This document shows positions 9,374 through 19,120 of a DNA stretch of 64,000 bases, piece after piece. Source of the DNA: Candidatus Omnitrophota bacterium (lineage in GTDB: Bacteria; Omnitrophota; Omnitrophia; Omnitrophales; Aquincolibacteriaceae); the NCBI GenBank assembly GCA_043803685.1, contig JAZDJU010000037.1, forward strand, positions 96,001 through 160,000, in the 5' to 3' direction. The notes under the pieces are model-generated. The model made no database searches. It was not told the DNA's origin and was given only the letters and a program-made list of their open reading frames with translations. Each line of letters starts with the position of its first letter. Within the stretch, counting starts at the first letter, position 1. The position numbers and the translations under genes are program-made.

Positions 9374-9748
9374 ATGACGAAATGGATCGGATTGGCGGCA
9401 GGTGGTATTCTCGGAACTTTCGCCCGCTATTTTCTTTCGGGGGCCGTACATCGTGCTTTCGGGCCCTCCTTCCCCCTGGGCACTCTCATCGTGAATCTCG
9501 TGGGATGCTTCGCGGTCGGGTTCCTAGCTGTTCTCGCGGAAGAAAAATTCCTGCTGGGACCGGCGGCCCGCGTCTTCCTGATGATCGGCTTTTGCGGCGC
9601 CTTCACGACCTTTTCAAGCCTGATCCTTGAGACGTCCAATCTTGCCAAAGCGGGTGAGAATCTTTTCGCTTTTATGAATATCGTAGTGAGCGTGATCCTG
9701 GGCCTTCTGGTCTTCCGCCTGGGCGTCATGCTTGCACGATCGATCTGA
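9374..9748 (+). CDS. crcB: Fluoride channel CrcB/FluC
   Basis: GG-x2-G-x3-RY, PLGTLIVN, GFCGAFTTFSS. Confidence 0.95.
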   Translation: MTKWIGLAAGGILGTFARYFLSGAVHRAFGPSFPLGTLIVNLVGCFAVGFLAVLAEEKFLLGPAARVFLMIGFCGAFTTFSSLILETSNLAKAGENLFAFMNIVVSVILGLLVFRLGVMLARSI

Positions 9749-9766
9749 TCTAAACCGGAGGCATTC

Positions 9767-10099
9767 ATGAAAATACCAGAGGACGGAAAGCTTTTAAGGG
9801 TCTTCATCGGCGAAGCGGATAAATGGCAGGGACAGCCACTTTATGAGGCGATTGTGCTTCTGGCCAAAAAGGAAGGCATGGCGGGAGCCACGGCTATTAA
9901 GGGTTTCATGGGCTTCGGCTGTAAGAGCCACATGCACACGACCAAGATCCTGCGCCTGTCCGAAGACCTTCCCATCGTGATTGAGATCGTCGACAGCGAG
10001 GAAAAGATCGCGAAGTTCCTTCCGCTCCTCGACCCGATGGTAAAAGAAGGCCTCGTGACCCTCGAAAAAGCGAACGTCCTTCTTTACCGCGCGGGGTGA
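9767..10099 (+). CDS. DUF190 (PII-like) protein
   Basis: LLRVFIGEAD, AGAT, GFG, LSEDLPIVIEIVD; usual crcB neighbour. Confidence 0.9.
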   Translation: MKIPEDGKLLRVFIGEADKWQGQPLYEAIVLLAKKEGMAGATAIKGFMGFGCKSHMHTTKILRLSEDLPIVIEIVDSEEKIAKFLPLLDPMVKEGLVTLEKANVLLYRAG

Positions 10100-10710
10100 T
10101 TGTCCCCCGAGCGCTTCGAGAGATTCCGGCGAATGGATTCCCGGAGAGAATAAAGACAGCCGCAGTAATTCTGGCGATAAAGACCTTCCTCTTTGCTAAT
10201 CCGTTCCATCCCCTCCTGACCGCCGCCGAGCCGCCAGTTATGCTCCCAGTAAATTAGCCCGGGAAACAGAGAGGCGGCGCGCCGTCCCGCGCGATTCACC
10301 TGCTCGAGATCCTTCCAACGGGAAATGCCGAGACTGGTCGCGAAAACCTTAAAACCGTTCGACGTCGCATAGGCCGCGGTCTTCCCGAGACGCATCTCAA
10401 AGCAGATCGTGCAGCGTCTTCCCCGTTCCGCTTCCTCCTCATGACCTTCCACGGCCTGGAGCCACCCATCAACCTCATAGTCCGCATCAACGAACGGGAT
10501 CTTCATTTTCTGGGCGTAACGGATCACTTCTCTCTTGCGATGCTCGTACTCCTCCGGCGGATTGATGTTGGGATTGTAGAAATAGACCGTGGGCGTGATC
10601 CTGCTCTCGATCATGCGCTGGAGGATCGAACAGGAGCAGGGCGCGCAGCACGTGTGAAGCAGGACTTTCTTTTCGTTCTGGGGCGCTTGCAATTTCGGAA
10701 AGTCTGTCAT
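10084..10710 (-). CDS. queH: Epoxyqueuosine reductase QueH
   Basis: LLHTCCAPCS, FYNPNI, ERGRRCTICF, YRQNYCGC. Confidence 0.93.
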   Translation of the reverse strand: MTDFPKLQAPQNEKKVLLHTCCAPCSCSILQRMIESRITPTVYFYNPNINPPEEYEHRKREVIRYAQKMKIPFVDADYEVDGWLQAVEGHEEEAERGRRCTICFEMRLGKTAAYATSNGFKVFATSLGISRWKDLEQVNRAGRRAASLFPGLIYWEHNWRLGGGQEGMERISKEEGLYRQNYCGCLYSLRESIRRNLSKRSGDNHPAR

Positions 10711-10735
10711 AAGGAACGCCCCGGAAGGCGCGGGA

Positions 10736-10993
10736 TCACAGGATCCCGGCGATGGGAATAGCTTCGTCGATCAACATCAGCGGGATGTCCTGCCGGATCG
10801 CGTAGAGATACTTTTTATCCGCGCGGACAAGCCCACCTTCGATCTTCTGAGTAATGGCCGCGCCGCCCCGGTTCTTAAGCTCGCCCCGGGCGATCTTTTG
10901 ATTGATCTTCTCGACGAGAGACGCGTCGGCCACAGCAAGTTCCTGCTTCGTTTCGGGACAGCACAGAATGGAGATCAAGTCGCTAGATAACAT
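10736..10993 (-). CDS. Trm112-like protein
   Basis: ILCCPETK...YAIRQDIPLMLIDEA. Confidence 0.8.
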   Translation of the reverse strand: MLSSDLISILCCPETKQELAVADASLVEKINQKIARGELKNRGGAAITQKIEGGLVRADKKYLYAIRQDIPLMLIDEAIPIAGIL

Positions 10994-11127
10994 AGTCCCT
11001 AGACCTTTCGGTTTTTAAAATGTGAAGTTCGCATTAACGGCGGCATTATACAGAAAAAATCGACTGGGGGAAACGGGTAACGGTGAACGATCTAGCTTTA
11101 CGTTCAGCGCGACACGTTTCCCGAGCT

Positions 11128-13584
11128 TTAAACGTTCTCGTCGTCGCCGGAGCTGGATTCAGCTTCAACGGGGGTGGCCTCGGTGTAATCGCCGGCGGGA
11201 TTCGGGAGAAGGATCTCACGGGGTTTCGCGCCATCCTGAGGACCGATCACGCCCGCGGCTTCCAGTTGGTCCACCACACGCGCGGCCCGCGAATAGCCGA
11301 GTCTCAGGCGTCTTTGTAAATAGGAGGTCGAAGCCTGACGCGTGGTGAGCACAATGCGCTTGGCTTCTTCAAACATATCATCTTTTTCTCCAGCGCCCCC
11401 GGGCATCGAACTATTCTGAGCCGCCTGGATCTCATTGTGATATTCCGGCTTGCCCTGGCTTGCGACAAAAGCCACGACCCCGTTGATCTCCTCGTCCTCA
11501 ATGAGCGGCGCTTGTCCACGGATCATGTTGTCGCTTCCGGGCTGCACAAAAAGCATGTCCCCGCGTCCCAAAAGTTTGTCGGCGCCCTTATTGTCGAGGA
11601 TCGTACGGGAATCGACGACCGAAGCCACTTTGAAAGCCACGCGTGCGGGAAAATTCGCTTTAATGACGCCGGTAATGACGTCCACCGAAGGACGCTGGGT
11701 CGCGAGGATCAAATGGATACCGACCGCGCGCGAGAGTTGCGCGAGCCGTGTGATCGCCGTTTCCACCTTGTCCTGCGCCACGAGCATGAGATCCGCGAGT
11801 TCGTCGATAATGACCACAATGTAAGGGATCGTCGCCGGAACCACATTCTCGGAATCTCCTGCCGCAGCCACCTGCTTTTTGCTTTCTTCGGAGAGCTCGC
11901 GGGTGTTAAAACCGACAATATTCCTCACGCCGATCGTGGCGAAAAGACGGTACCGTTTTTCCATTTCCATCACGACCCAATTAAGCGTATTGGCCGCCTT
12001 GCGCACGTCCGTCACCACGGGGGAAAGCATGTGGGGGATCTTGTTATAGACGGCAAGCTCCACCATCTTGGGGTCCACCATGACCAGCTTCAGTTGGGAA
12101 GGCGTGCAGTGATAAAGGAATCCGGTGATAATGGAATTGATGCAAACCGTCTTGCCACTGCCGGTGGTCCCGGCGATCAGGATATGAGGCATGGACGCCA
12201 GGTCCGCGATCATCGGCTTCCCGCCCGTATCTTTCCCGAGGATCAGGGGCAGCATACATTTCTGGGAACGAAAATCGGAATTCTCGATCATCTCGCGCAC
12301 CAGGATCGGCCGCGACACGGTGTTCGGCACTTCGATCCCGATCGTCTGCTTCCCCGGGATCGGAATGATCATGCGGATGCTCGTCGCGCGGAGCGCCATG
12401 GAAATATCGTCCTCGTAAGCCGCGATCGAATTGGCGCGAACGCCGGGCGCGGGAAGGATCTCGTAGAGCGTGATCTTCGGGCCCTGCTCCACCTCGACCA
12501 CCTTCACCTCGATCTCAAACTCGGCTAGTGTCGCCTCGATGGCCTTGGAGTTGGCCTCGAGATCATCGCCTGCCCCGGGCAGATCACCCTTCGGTCTCTT
12601 CAAAAGATCCACGGAAGGAAACTGGTACTGAGCGTCCGCCTTGATCTGCGAACCGATCACTCCTTTGAACGACGGCTCGTCCTCGCCACCAGACGATGCT
12701 TCTTTTCCTTTAGCGGGATTGTCCGTCTTGATCGTTAGGGGCGGCACTATTGGCTTTTTGACAGGTTCCTTGATTTCTTCTTTCAATTTCTTTTCGACCT
12801 TGGTCTTATCGTCAGCCATCCCCGCCGTGGGTTGATAGGTCTTGATCTTGAGTGGGATGTCCGGCATCCGGGGCGCTGTCTTCTCTTTTTCTCTGCCTGC
12901 CAGAAGGACCGCTTTGCCATTTTCCTTTTCCTTGGCCTTCTCTTTTTCCTTCTCCCTCTGTTTGAGCTCCTTGAGTTGTTTCTCCTGTTCCTTTTTCAGA
13001 AAGGCGGCATTCCCGTTCTTTTGAGGTTCCCGGGCAAACCGCTCGGAAACGCTTTCAAAGAACGCACGCAATTTTTCAAGAAGTCCGCGGAACAGAGGAT
13101 AAAGGAGAAAATCCGTTGCCAGAAGAAGCGACAAGAGAAGCGCGGAACCGGCAAGGATGTAGCTTCCGAGACGCCCGAAATACCGCAGAAGATGATTGCC
13201 GACCACGTATCCGAACGCGCCACCGTAGATAAAACGCTGCTGAGGTCCGGCGGAGATCGAAACGAGGGTCGCGATGGAAAGAAGCGCGATCGCAAGCCCG
13301 GCGAACTTGAAGATCTTGCGCTCAGGAACCTTCTGGAGAAAGAAGCACTCCGCCCAGAGCAGGAAAACGAAAGGGATCACAAAGGCGCTAACGCCAAAGA
13401 CAAGGAAAAGGCCGAACGCGACATACGCCCCAAAAACGCCCGCGTAATTCGCGACAGGGACTGCCGGTTGGGACGTGTAGAAAGCGATGTCCTCCGCGTG
13501 GTAAAAAAAGAGGCTCGCGAAGGTGAAAAGCCCCAGCAAAAGGAAAAAAACTCCCCAGATCTCGTTGACTCGTTCTTTTTTCAT
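11128..13584 (-). CDS. ftsK: DNA translocase FtsK/SpoIIIE
   Basis: N-terminal 4TM, AGTTGSGKT Walker A, IIDELADLM, ATQRPSVDVITG, C-terminal gamma domain LQRRLRLGYSRAAR. Confidence 0.96.
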   Translation of the reverse strand: MKKERVNEIWGVFFLLLGLFTFASLFFYHAEDIAFYTSQPAVPVANYAGVFGAYVAFGLFLVFGVSAFVIPFVFLLWAECFFLQKVPERKIFKFAGLAIALLSIATLVSISAGPQQRFIYGGAFGYVVGNHLLRYFGRLGSYILAGSALLLSLLLATDFLLYPLFRGLLEKLRAFFESVSERFAREPQKNGNAAFLKKEQEKQLKELKQREKEKEKAKEKENGKAVLLAGREKEKTAPRMPDIPLKIKTYQPTAGMADDKTKVEKKLKEEIKEPVKKPIVPPLTIKTDNPAKGKEASSGGEDEPSFKGVIGSQIKADAQYQFPSVDLLKRPKGDLPGAGDDLEANSKAIEATLAEFEIEVKVVEVEQGPKITLYEILPAPGVRANSIAAYEDDISMALRATSIRMIIPIPGKQTIGIEVPNTVSRPILVREMIENSDFRSQKCMLPLILGKDTGGKPMIADLASMPHILIAGTTGSGKTVCINSIITGFLYHCTPSQLKLVMVDPKMVELAVYNKIPHMLSPVVTDVRKAANTLNWVVMEMEKRYRLFATIGVRNIVGFNTRELSEESKKQVAAAGDSENVVPATIPYIVVIIDELADLMLVAQDKVETAITRLAQLSRAVGIHLILATQRPSVDVITGVIKANFPARVAFKVASVVDSRTILDNKGADKLLGRGDMLFVQPGSDNMIRGQAPLIEDEEINGVVAFVASQGKPEYHNEIQAAQNSSMPGGAGEKDDMFEEAKRIVLTTRQASTSYLQRRLRLGYSRAARVVDQLEAAGVIGPQDGAKPREILLPNPAGDYTEATPVEAESSSGDDENV

Positions 13585-13700
13585 AATTTAAAGCGGTCGG
13601 CGTTAAGCGGACAGCGTAAAGAATATTAAGTGAATGATAGGTGAACGATTATATTTTCAGCCGTTCTGAACGCTTAGCGCTTGACGCTGTACGCTACGGT

Positions 13701-14150
13701 TCAATGGCCCGTATGACCGAAACCGCCGGCACCCCGGCGTGTTCCGTCGAGATTATCGACTACTTCGAGGTTCGCCTTAACCACCTCGGCAAGGACCATT
13801 TGAGCGATCCGCATTCCTCGCGTCACGGTAAAAGCTTCTTTCGCGTGATTGATCAAAATGACTTGGATCTCGCCGCGATAATCGGAGTCGATCGTTCCCG
13901 GCGTGTTGAGGAGTGTGATCCCGTGCTTGATCGCGAGACCGCTCCGGGGACGAACCTGGGCCTCCATCTGCTTGGGAAGAGCGATCTGGATCCCCGTGGG
14001 CACCAGGACACGATCCCCCGGTTGAAGCGTGATGGGGTCCGAGCAGGCGGCCAGAAGATCGATGCCGCTCGCGCCTTCGGTCTGGTATTGCGGAAGTGGA
14101 AGGCCTTCGAAATGAGGCAGTGTTTTGATCTGAATGTTCAGTTCGTACAT
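13701..14150 (-). CDS. dut: dUTP diphosphatase
   Basis: [35 protein letters not shown]. Confidence 0.97.
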   Translation of the reverse strand: MYELNIQIKTLPHFEGLPLPQYQTEGASGIDLLAACSDPITLQPGDRVLVPTGIQIALPKQMEAQVRPRSGLAIKHGITLLNTPGTIDSDYRGEIQVILINHAKEAFTVTRGMRIAQMVLAEVVKANLEVVDNLDGTRRGAGGFGHTGH

Positions 14151-14248
14151 ATTTTTGAGTAAAAAAAGTCGTAAGTTATAAGCGATAAGTTGTAAGAAAT
14201 GCGTCAGAGCAAAAACTTACAACTTACCGCTTACCCCTTACAGCTATC

Positions 14249-16432
14249 TTAGCGGCGGGGCCGTCCGCGTCCGCCACGATCATCGCGGTCGCGTCTCGGA
14301 GGCGCTGCCTCAACGACCGTCCTCTGATCTTCGGGAAGGATCGGGAGAGGTTCGGTCATCGCTTGCTTGATGCTCAGGCTGATCTTGCCCCGCTCATCAA
14401 CGCTCAGGACCTTCACCTTCACTTTGTCGCCCACGCGGAGATAATCCCCGGCGCTCTTCACGAACCCTTCGGTGATCTCGGACACGTGACAAAGACCATC
14501 CTTGCCCGGCAACACTTCACAGAACGCGCCGAACGGCATCAGCTTCTGGACCGTGCTGTCATAGATCTTGCCGATCTCGGCATCTTCGGTGACCGCTTGA
14601 ACGCGCGCGATAGCCGCTTGCGAGGATTCATTGCTCATCGCCGCGATGAAGACACGCCCGTCATCTTCGATATCGATCTTGGCGCCGGTTTCTTCCACGA
14701 TCTTGCGGATGTTCTTGCCTCCGGGACCGATCAACATGCCGATCTTTTCAGGATCGATCTTAAGCGTCGTAATGCGCGGCGCGAATTCCGACAGTTCCTT
14801 CGGCGTCTTGATGCAACCCGCGATCAGGTCCAGGATCTTGAAACGCGCCTGTTTCGCCTGATCGAACGCTTCCTTGAGCTGAGGTTCCGTAATGCCGTCG
14901 ATCTTCATATCCATTTGAAGCGCTGTGAGTCCTTCGCGCGTTCCCGCAGCTTTGAGATCCATATCGCCCAAATGATCTTCGATCCCAGCGATATCCGTCA
15001 GGACCTTCCAGCGATTCTTATCCGTCACAAGTCCGATCGCGATACCCGCCACCGGCGCCTTGATCGGAACCCCGGCGTCCATCAGCGCGAGCGTTCCACC
15101 GCAAACCGTCGCCATGGAACTCGAACCGTTGGATTCCATGATCTCGGAAACGAGACGAATGGTGTAAGGAAAATCTTCCTGCGACGGGAGAATGGCTTCC
15201 AGCGCACGTGACGCGAGCGCCCCGTGACCGATCTCACGACGTCCGGTCCCGCGATTAGGCCCGACCTCGCCCACGCTGTAGTGAGGAAAATTGTAATGGA
15301 GCATGAAACGCCTGGAATAGTTCTTTTCCAGGGCGTCAATGGTCTGTTCGTCATCGCCCGTGCCGAGCGTGGTCACGCTCAAACTCTGGGTCTGTCCGCG
15401 CGTAAAAAGCGAAGACCCGTGGGTCCTCGGCAAAATGCCGATCTCACAGGTGATCTGTCGAATGTCGCGCTCCCCTCGTCCGTCCGGGCGTTTCCCGGTG
15501 GAAAGAACGAAATCACGGATCTTTTCGTGTTCGAGTCGCGCAAACGCAATCTTCACGAGCGCCTCATCAAAACCTTCGGCTTTGGTATCGCACACCGCGA
15601 GGGCCTTTTCATAAAGACCTTTCAGGAACGCTTCCTGCGCTTCCTTGCCTGACTGCGAAAACATTTTCTCGAATTCATTTCCGATCGCGGCCTTGATCTT
15701 CTCTTCCATGCCCGCCGCAAAAGCGAGGGGCTTCACGGCCTTTTTGGTCTTGCCTGCTTTTTTCACAAGATCGAGTTGGAGTTGCACGGCCTTCTTGACC
15801 GCTTCATGCCCCACCTTAAGAGCCTCAAGCATCTGTTCTTCGGAGATCTCCTTCGCGCCCGCTTCGATCATCACGATCTTTTCGAGTGTGCCGGCGACCA
15901 CGAGATCCAAGGCACTTGCCTCGAGTTCCTGATGCGTGGGATTCACAATGAACTGCCCGTCCACGAGCCCGACGCGCGCGGCGCCGAGAGCGGTCGTGTA
16001 AGGAATATCGGAGATCATAAGCGCCGCCGAAGCCGCGTTCATAGCAAAGACCTCAGTCATGTTCTCGCCATCGATCGAGAGCACCGTGACTGAGACTTGC
16101 ACTTCGTTCAGATAATCTTCAGGGAAAAGGGGGCGGATGGGCCGATCGATCAGACGTGAGGTCAGGATCTCCTTTTCGGAAGGGCGTCCTTCCCGCTTGA
16201 AAAAACCGCCCGGGATCTTCCCGGCGGCGTAAGTGCGTTCGCGGTAATCCACGGTAAGCGGAAAGAAATCGCGGATCTCTTTTTTGTCCGCCGCGGCAAC
16301 CACGGCAGCCAGGACCACTGTCCCGCCACTTTGAATGAGTACGGCGCCATGGGCCTGTTTGGCCATGCGTCCGGTTTCCAGGGACACTTCGCGTCCCCCG
16401 ATCTGAGTTGAGACTTTTTCGAGCTTTGTCAT
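14249..16432 (-). CDS. pnp: Polyribonucleotide nucleotidyltransferase
   Basis: FFPLTVDYRE, GKIPGGFFKREGRP, RREIGHG, ESNGSSSMA, KH and S1 domains. Confidence 0.98.
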   Translation of the reverse strand: MTKLEKVSTQIGGREVSLETGRMAKQAHGAVLIQSGGTVVLAAVVAAADKKEIRDFFPLTVDYRERTYAAGKIPGGFFKREGRPSEKEILTSRLIDRPIRPLFPEDYLNEVQVSVTVLSIDGENMTEVFAMNAASAALMISDIPYTTALGAARVGLVDGQFIVNPTHQELEASALDLVVAGTLEKIVMIEAGAKEISEEQMLEALKVGHEAVKKAVQLQLDLVKKAGKTKKAVKPLAFAAGMEEKIKAAIGNEFEKMFSQSGKEAQEAFLKGLYEKALAVCDTKAEGFDEALVKIAFARLEHEKIRDFVLSTGKRPDGRGERDIRQITCEIGILPRTHGSSLFTRGQTQSLSVTTLGTGDDEQTIDALEKNYSRRFMLHYNFPHYSVGEVGPNRGTGRREIGHGALASRALEAILPSQEDFPYTIRLVSEIMESNGSSSMATVCGGTLALMDAGVPIKAPVAGIAIGLVTDKNRWKVLTDIAGIEDHLGDMDLKAAGTREGLTALQMDMKIDGITEPQLKEAFDQAKQARFKILDLIAGCIKTPKELSEFAPRITTLKIDPEKIGMLIGPGGKNIRKIVEETGAKIDIEDDGRVFIAAMSNESSQAAIARVQAVTEDAEIGKIYDSTVQKLMPFGAFCEVLPGKDGLCHVSEITEGFVKSAGDYLRVGDKVKVKVLSVDERGKISLSIKQAMTEPLPILPEDQRTVVEAAPPRRDRDDRGGRGRPRR

Positions 16433-16503
16433 GTGAGGTTACACCTTTCGCTTGTGAGATTGGGACTTCTTCAAGATAAGAGCAAAAAACTGAAACGAGG
16501 AAA

Positions 16504-16773
16504 TTACTTCCTCAGATCGAGGCGCACGAGGATCTGCTTGTATTTCTCAGGAGCCTCGCTCTCAAGGTGCTTCAGTAGCTTTTTGCGGCGGCTGACCATC
16601 TTGATAAGCCCGTAGCGCGAATGGTGATCTTTGACATTCTTTGCAAAATGTCCGGAAAGACCGTTGATGCGCTCTGTGAGAAGGGCGATCTGTACTTCAT
16701 CGGACCCTGAATCATTCTTGGTGGTCTTGTATTTCGTGATGATCTCTTTTTTCTTCGTCTTTGCTAATGCCAT
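16504..16773 (-). CDS. rpsO: 30S ribosomal protein S15
   Basis: DSGSDEVQIALLTERI, KDHHSRYGL; 89 aa; upstream of pnp. Confidence 0.97.
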   Translation of the reverse strand: MALAKTKKKEIITKYKTTKNDSGSDEVQIALLTERINGLSGHFAKNVKDHHSRYGLIKMVSRRKKLLKHLESEAPEKYKQILVRLDLRK

Positions 16774-16920
16774 TTTCTTCCTAACTCCTTGTGCTTTCGT
16801 CGGTTATGTCGTTTATCTCATCTCTGAGGTTGCGGGAGTATACTCTACCCCCCCTCCTTTTGTCCAGATTTTTCGACCGGCCCCCTATTTTCAAAATCCC
16901 GCCGCGCCTCACCCGATCCG

Positions 16921-17967
16921 TTAAGGATTGGGATGGGAGACCCGCCATAACTTCCCATGACACCGCCTTGCGGCTAAAACATCGTTCCGGATCTTGGCCT
17001 TGAGCGCCTCTTCCGACTGGAATTTCTTCTCAGGGCGAAGAAAGCGATGGAGGGCCACTTCCATCATCTCGCCATAGACCTGCCCTTTAAAATCAAGAAG
17101 GTGCAGCTCCAGGACGGGACGCGGCGTCTCTCCCTTGGGATAGGTCGGCCGCTTTCCAAAATTCATGACGCCGGGAAGCCAATCCCCTGTGCCACGGGAC
17201 ACGGGACACGGGACACGTAAAGCCCAAGGACTTTTTCGTGGCTCGTGGTGCGTGGCACGTGTCCCGGAAGCTAAGAACCTCGCCGAAGCGACATACACCC
17301 CTAGCGGCAGCAGAACTTCCGAATGGACCTCGAGATTCGCCGTCGGGAACCCGAGGTGAGCTCCGTGGCCTTTTCCGTGAATGACTTTGCCGTACATGCT
17401 GAAAGGCCGGCCGAGGCATGCCTGGGCTTTCTCGACCTCTCCCTTCATAAGAAGCTCACGAACCCTGGAGCTGGAAATCGGTTTACCTCCTAGCATCACG
17501 GGTTTCATTTTTTTAAAAAGGAATCCGTTCGAGCGCGCGAGCCGTGCCATGAGACCCGTGTCCCCCTTCCGCCCGCGGCCGAAGTGAGCATCGTAGCCCA
17601 TGCATATCTCGCGAATGTGAAGCCGCTTCACGAGGATCTTCTTCGCGAAATCTTCGGGCGTCATTTTCGCAAAGGCCGGCGTAAAAGACTGAAGGAAACA
17701 AAGATCGATCCCGGCTTGCGCCAGATAAAAAAGTTTCTGCTCGACGCTCATGAGCATCATGGGTTTGCGTGACGGATGGAGCATGCTATGCGGGTGCTCG
17801 GGAAACGTCAGAACTGCGGCGAGGGCGCGTTCCTTTTTCGCCTGCCGGACCACGTAACGCAGGAGTTTTTGATGGCCGAGGTGAAAGCCGTCGAAATTCC
17901 CCAACGCAAGAACGATGGGCCGCGACGAACAGGCTTTATACTTTCGAAGGTCCGGGAGGATCTGCAT
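16921..17967 (-). CDS. ribF: Bifunctional riboflavin kinase / FAD synthetase
   Basis: GNFDGFHLGH, ISSSRVR, LGFPTAN, N-x-G-x-RPT, LELH; carries an in-frame repeat insertion. Confidence 0.95.
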   Translation of the reverse strand: MQILPDLRKYKACSSRPIVLALGNFDGFHLGHQKLLRYVVRQAKKERALAAVLTFPEHPHSMLHPSRKPMMLMSVEQKLFYLAQAGIDLCFLQSFTPAFAKMTPEDFAKKILVKRLHIREICMGYDAHFGRGRKGDTGLMARLARSNGFLFKKMKPVMLGGKPISSSRVRELLMKGEVEKAQACLGRPFSMYGKVIHGKGHGAHLGFPTANLEVHSEVLLPLGVYVASARFLASGTRATHHEPRKSPWALRVPCPVSRGTGDWLPGVMNFGKRPTYPKGETPRPVLELHLLDFKGQVYGEMMEVALHRFLRPEKKFQSEEALKAKIRNDVLAARRCHGKLWRVSHPNP

Positions 17968-18676
17968 GGACTAAGGTGGCGCTCAAAGGGAGCACTTTGG
18001 TGCGAAGTTCGACCGGCGTGAAATTCTTCAGGTCGTCGATCGTGACGCTTTGTTCCAACCTGAACGGGCCGCTCCGAAGACGGCGCAGACGCGCGAGCGT
18101 GGCATAACAACCCAGCGATTCGCCAAGATCGTTCACGAGCGTGCGAACATAAGTACCTTTGGAAACATGCGCAAGGAACTCCACGAACTTGCCTTCCATT
18201 TTTTCAAAACGGAATTCATACACCATGACCGGCCGGCCGTCACGCTCCACGGTCTTGCCTTGGCGCGCGAGCTTGTAGAGACGGGTCCCCTCATGTTTAA
18301 GGGCTGAGACCATGGGCGGCACCTGAACAATATCACCCGTGAACTCCTTCGCGGCTTTGGCGCGAATGGCTTCAAGCGTGATGTGCTCCCAAGGCGCTTC
18401 CGCGGTCACCTTCCCTTGCCGGTCGTGGGAATCGGTTTGCACGCCAAGCTCCAACGCCCCAAAATATTCCTTGTTGCAGGCGCTGAGTTGCATGGAGCTC
18501 TTGGTCGCCTTGCCAAGGAGGAGTACGAGAAGCCCCGTCGCGAGAGGATCGAGCGTCCCTGCATGCCCGACTTTTTTGATGCCGAAGCGCCGGCGCACGA
18601 ACGCGCACACATCATGCGACGTCCAGTTCTCGGGTTTATCGACGAGCAGAACGCCGTCGATGAAATTCACATCCAT
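17936..18676 (-). CDS. truB: tRNA pseudouridine(55) synthase
   Basis: KVGHAGTLDPLATG, QVPPMVSALK, SKGTYVR. Confidence 0.96.
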   Translation of the reverse strand: MDVNFIDGVLLVDKPENWTSHDVCAFVRRRFGIKKVGHAGTLDPLATGLLVLLLGKATKSSMQLSACNKEYFGALELGVQTDSHDRQGKVTAEAPWEHITLEAIRAKAAKEFTGDIVQVPPMVSALKHEGTRLYKLARQGKTVERDGRPVMVYEFRFEKMEGKFVEFLAHVSKGTYVRTLVNDLGESLGCYATLARLRRLRSGPFRLEQSVTIDDLKNFTPVELRTKVLPLSATLVHADPPGPSKV

Positions 18677-19032
18677 TAGGAAGTTTTGTCCTTTTCTTCG
18701 ATCTTGCGAATGACCTGTCCTATCTCGAAATCCTTGTCGAGCGAGTCGTCCAGTTCAAATTGGAGCTTCGGCGTGTAACGCATCTTGATCGCCAGACCCA
18801 CCTCGTGCTGAAGGAACCCAGCCGCACGCTCGAGGACCTTGAGCGTTTCCTCTTTCTTTTTCTTGTCACCCATCACGCTAATGAACACGACGGCGGATTT
18901 GAGATCCGGAGTGATCTTCACGTGCATGACGGTCACGAACCCAAGGCGCGGGTCCTTGATCCGTTCCAGAATAAGACTGCCCAACTCCATCTGAAGGAGC
19001 GACGCCACGCGTTCCGTCCGTTTCCCTTGCAT
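18676..19032 (-). CDS. rbfA: Ribosome-binding factor A
   Basis: IKDPRL, TPDLK, MRYTPKLQFELD; position infB-rbfA-truB. Confidence 0.95.
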   Translation of the reverse strand: MQGKRTERVASLLQMELGSLILERIKDPRLGFVTVMHVKITPDLKSAVVFISVMGDKKKKEETLKVLERAAGFLQHEVGLAIKMRYTPKLQFELDDSLDKDFEIGQVIRKIEEKDKTS

Positions 19033-19048
19033 ACGCTGCCCTCCAATT

Positions 19049-19107
19049 AAAAAGGCGTCACTGAAAGCGCCAGAACCAGGGCCCGGCTTTCTTTTTCAGT
19101 GACGCCT
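19049..19107 (-). terminator. Long inverted repeat with U-tract between infB and rbfA
   Basis: aggcgtcactgaaa (19053-66) / tttcagtgacgcct (19094-107), followed by a T-run on the minus strand. Confidence 0.6.
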
Positions 19108-19120
19108 CCGTGATGGATGA

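Noticed and set aside
11437..12528. Long antisense ORFs (also 14363..15211, 26322..27248, 32588..33634 and others)
   Set aside because: Shadow frames opposite well-supported genes in GC-rich DNA, with no recognisable motifs
16774..16836. S15 autoregulatory leader RNA upstream of rpsO
   Set aside because: The position is plausible, but I could not match a known leader structure by eye
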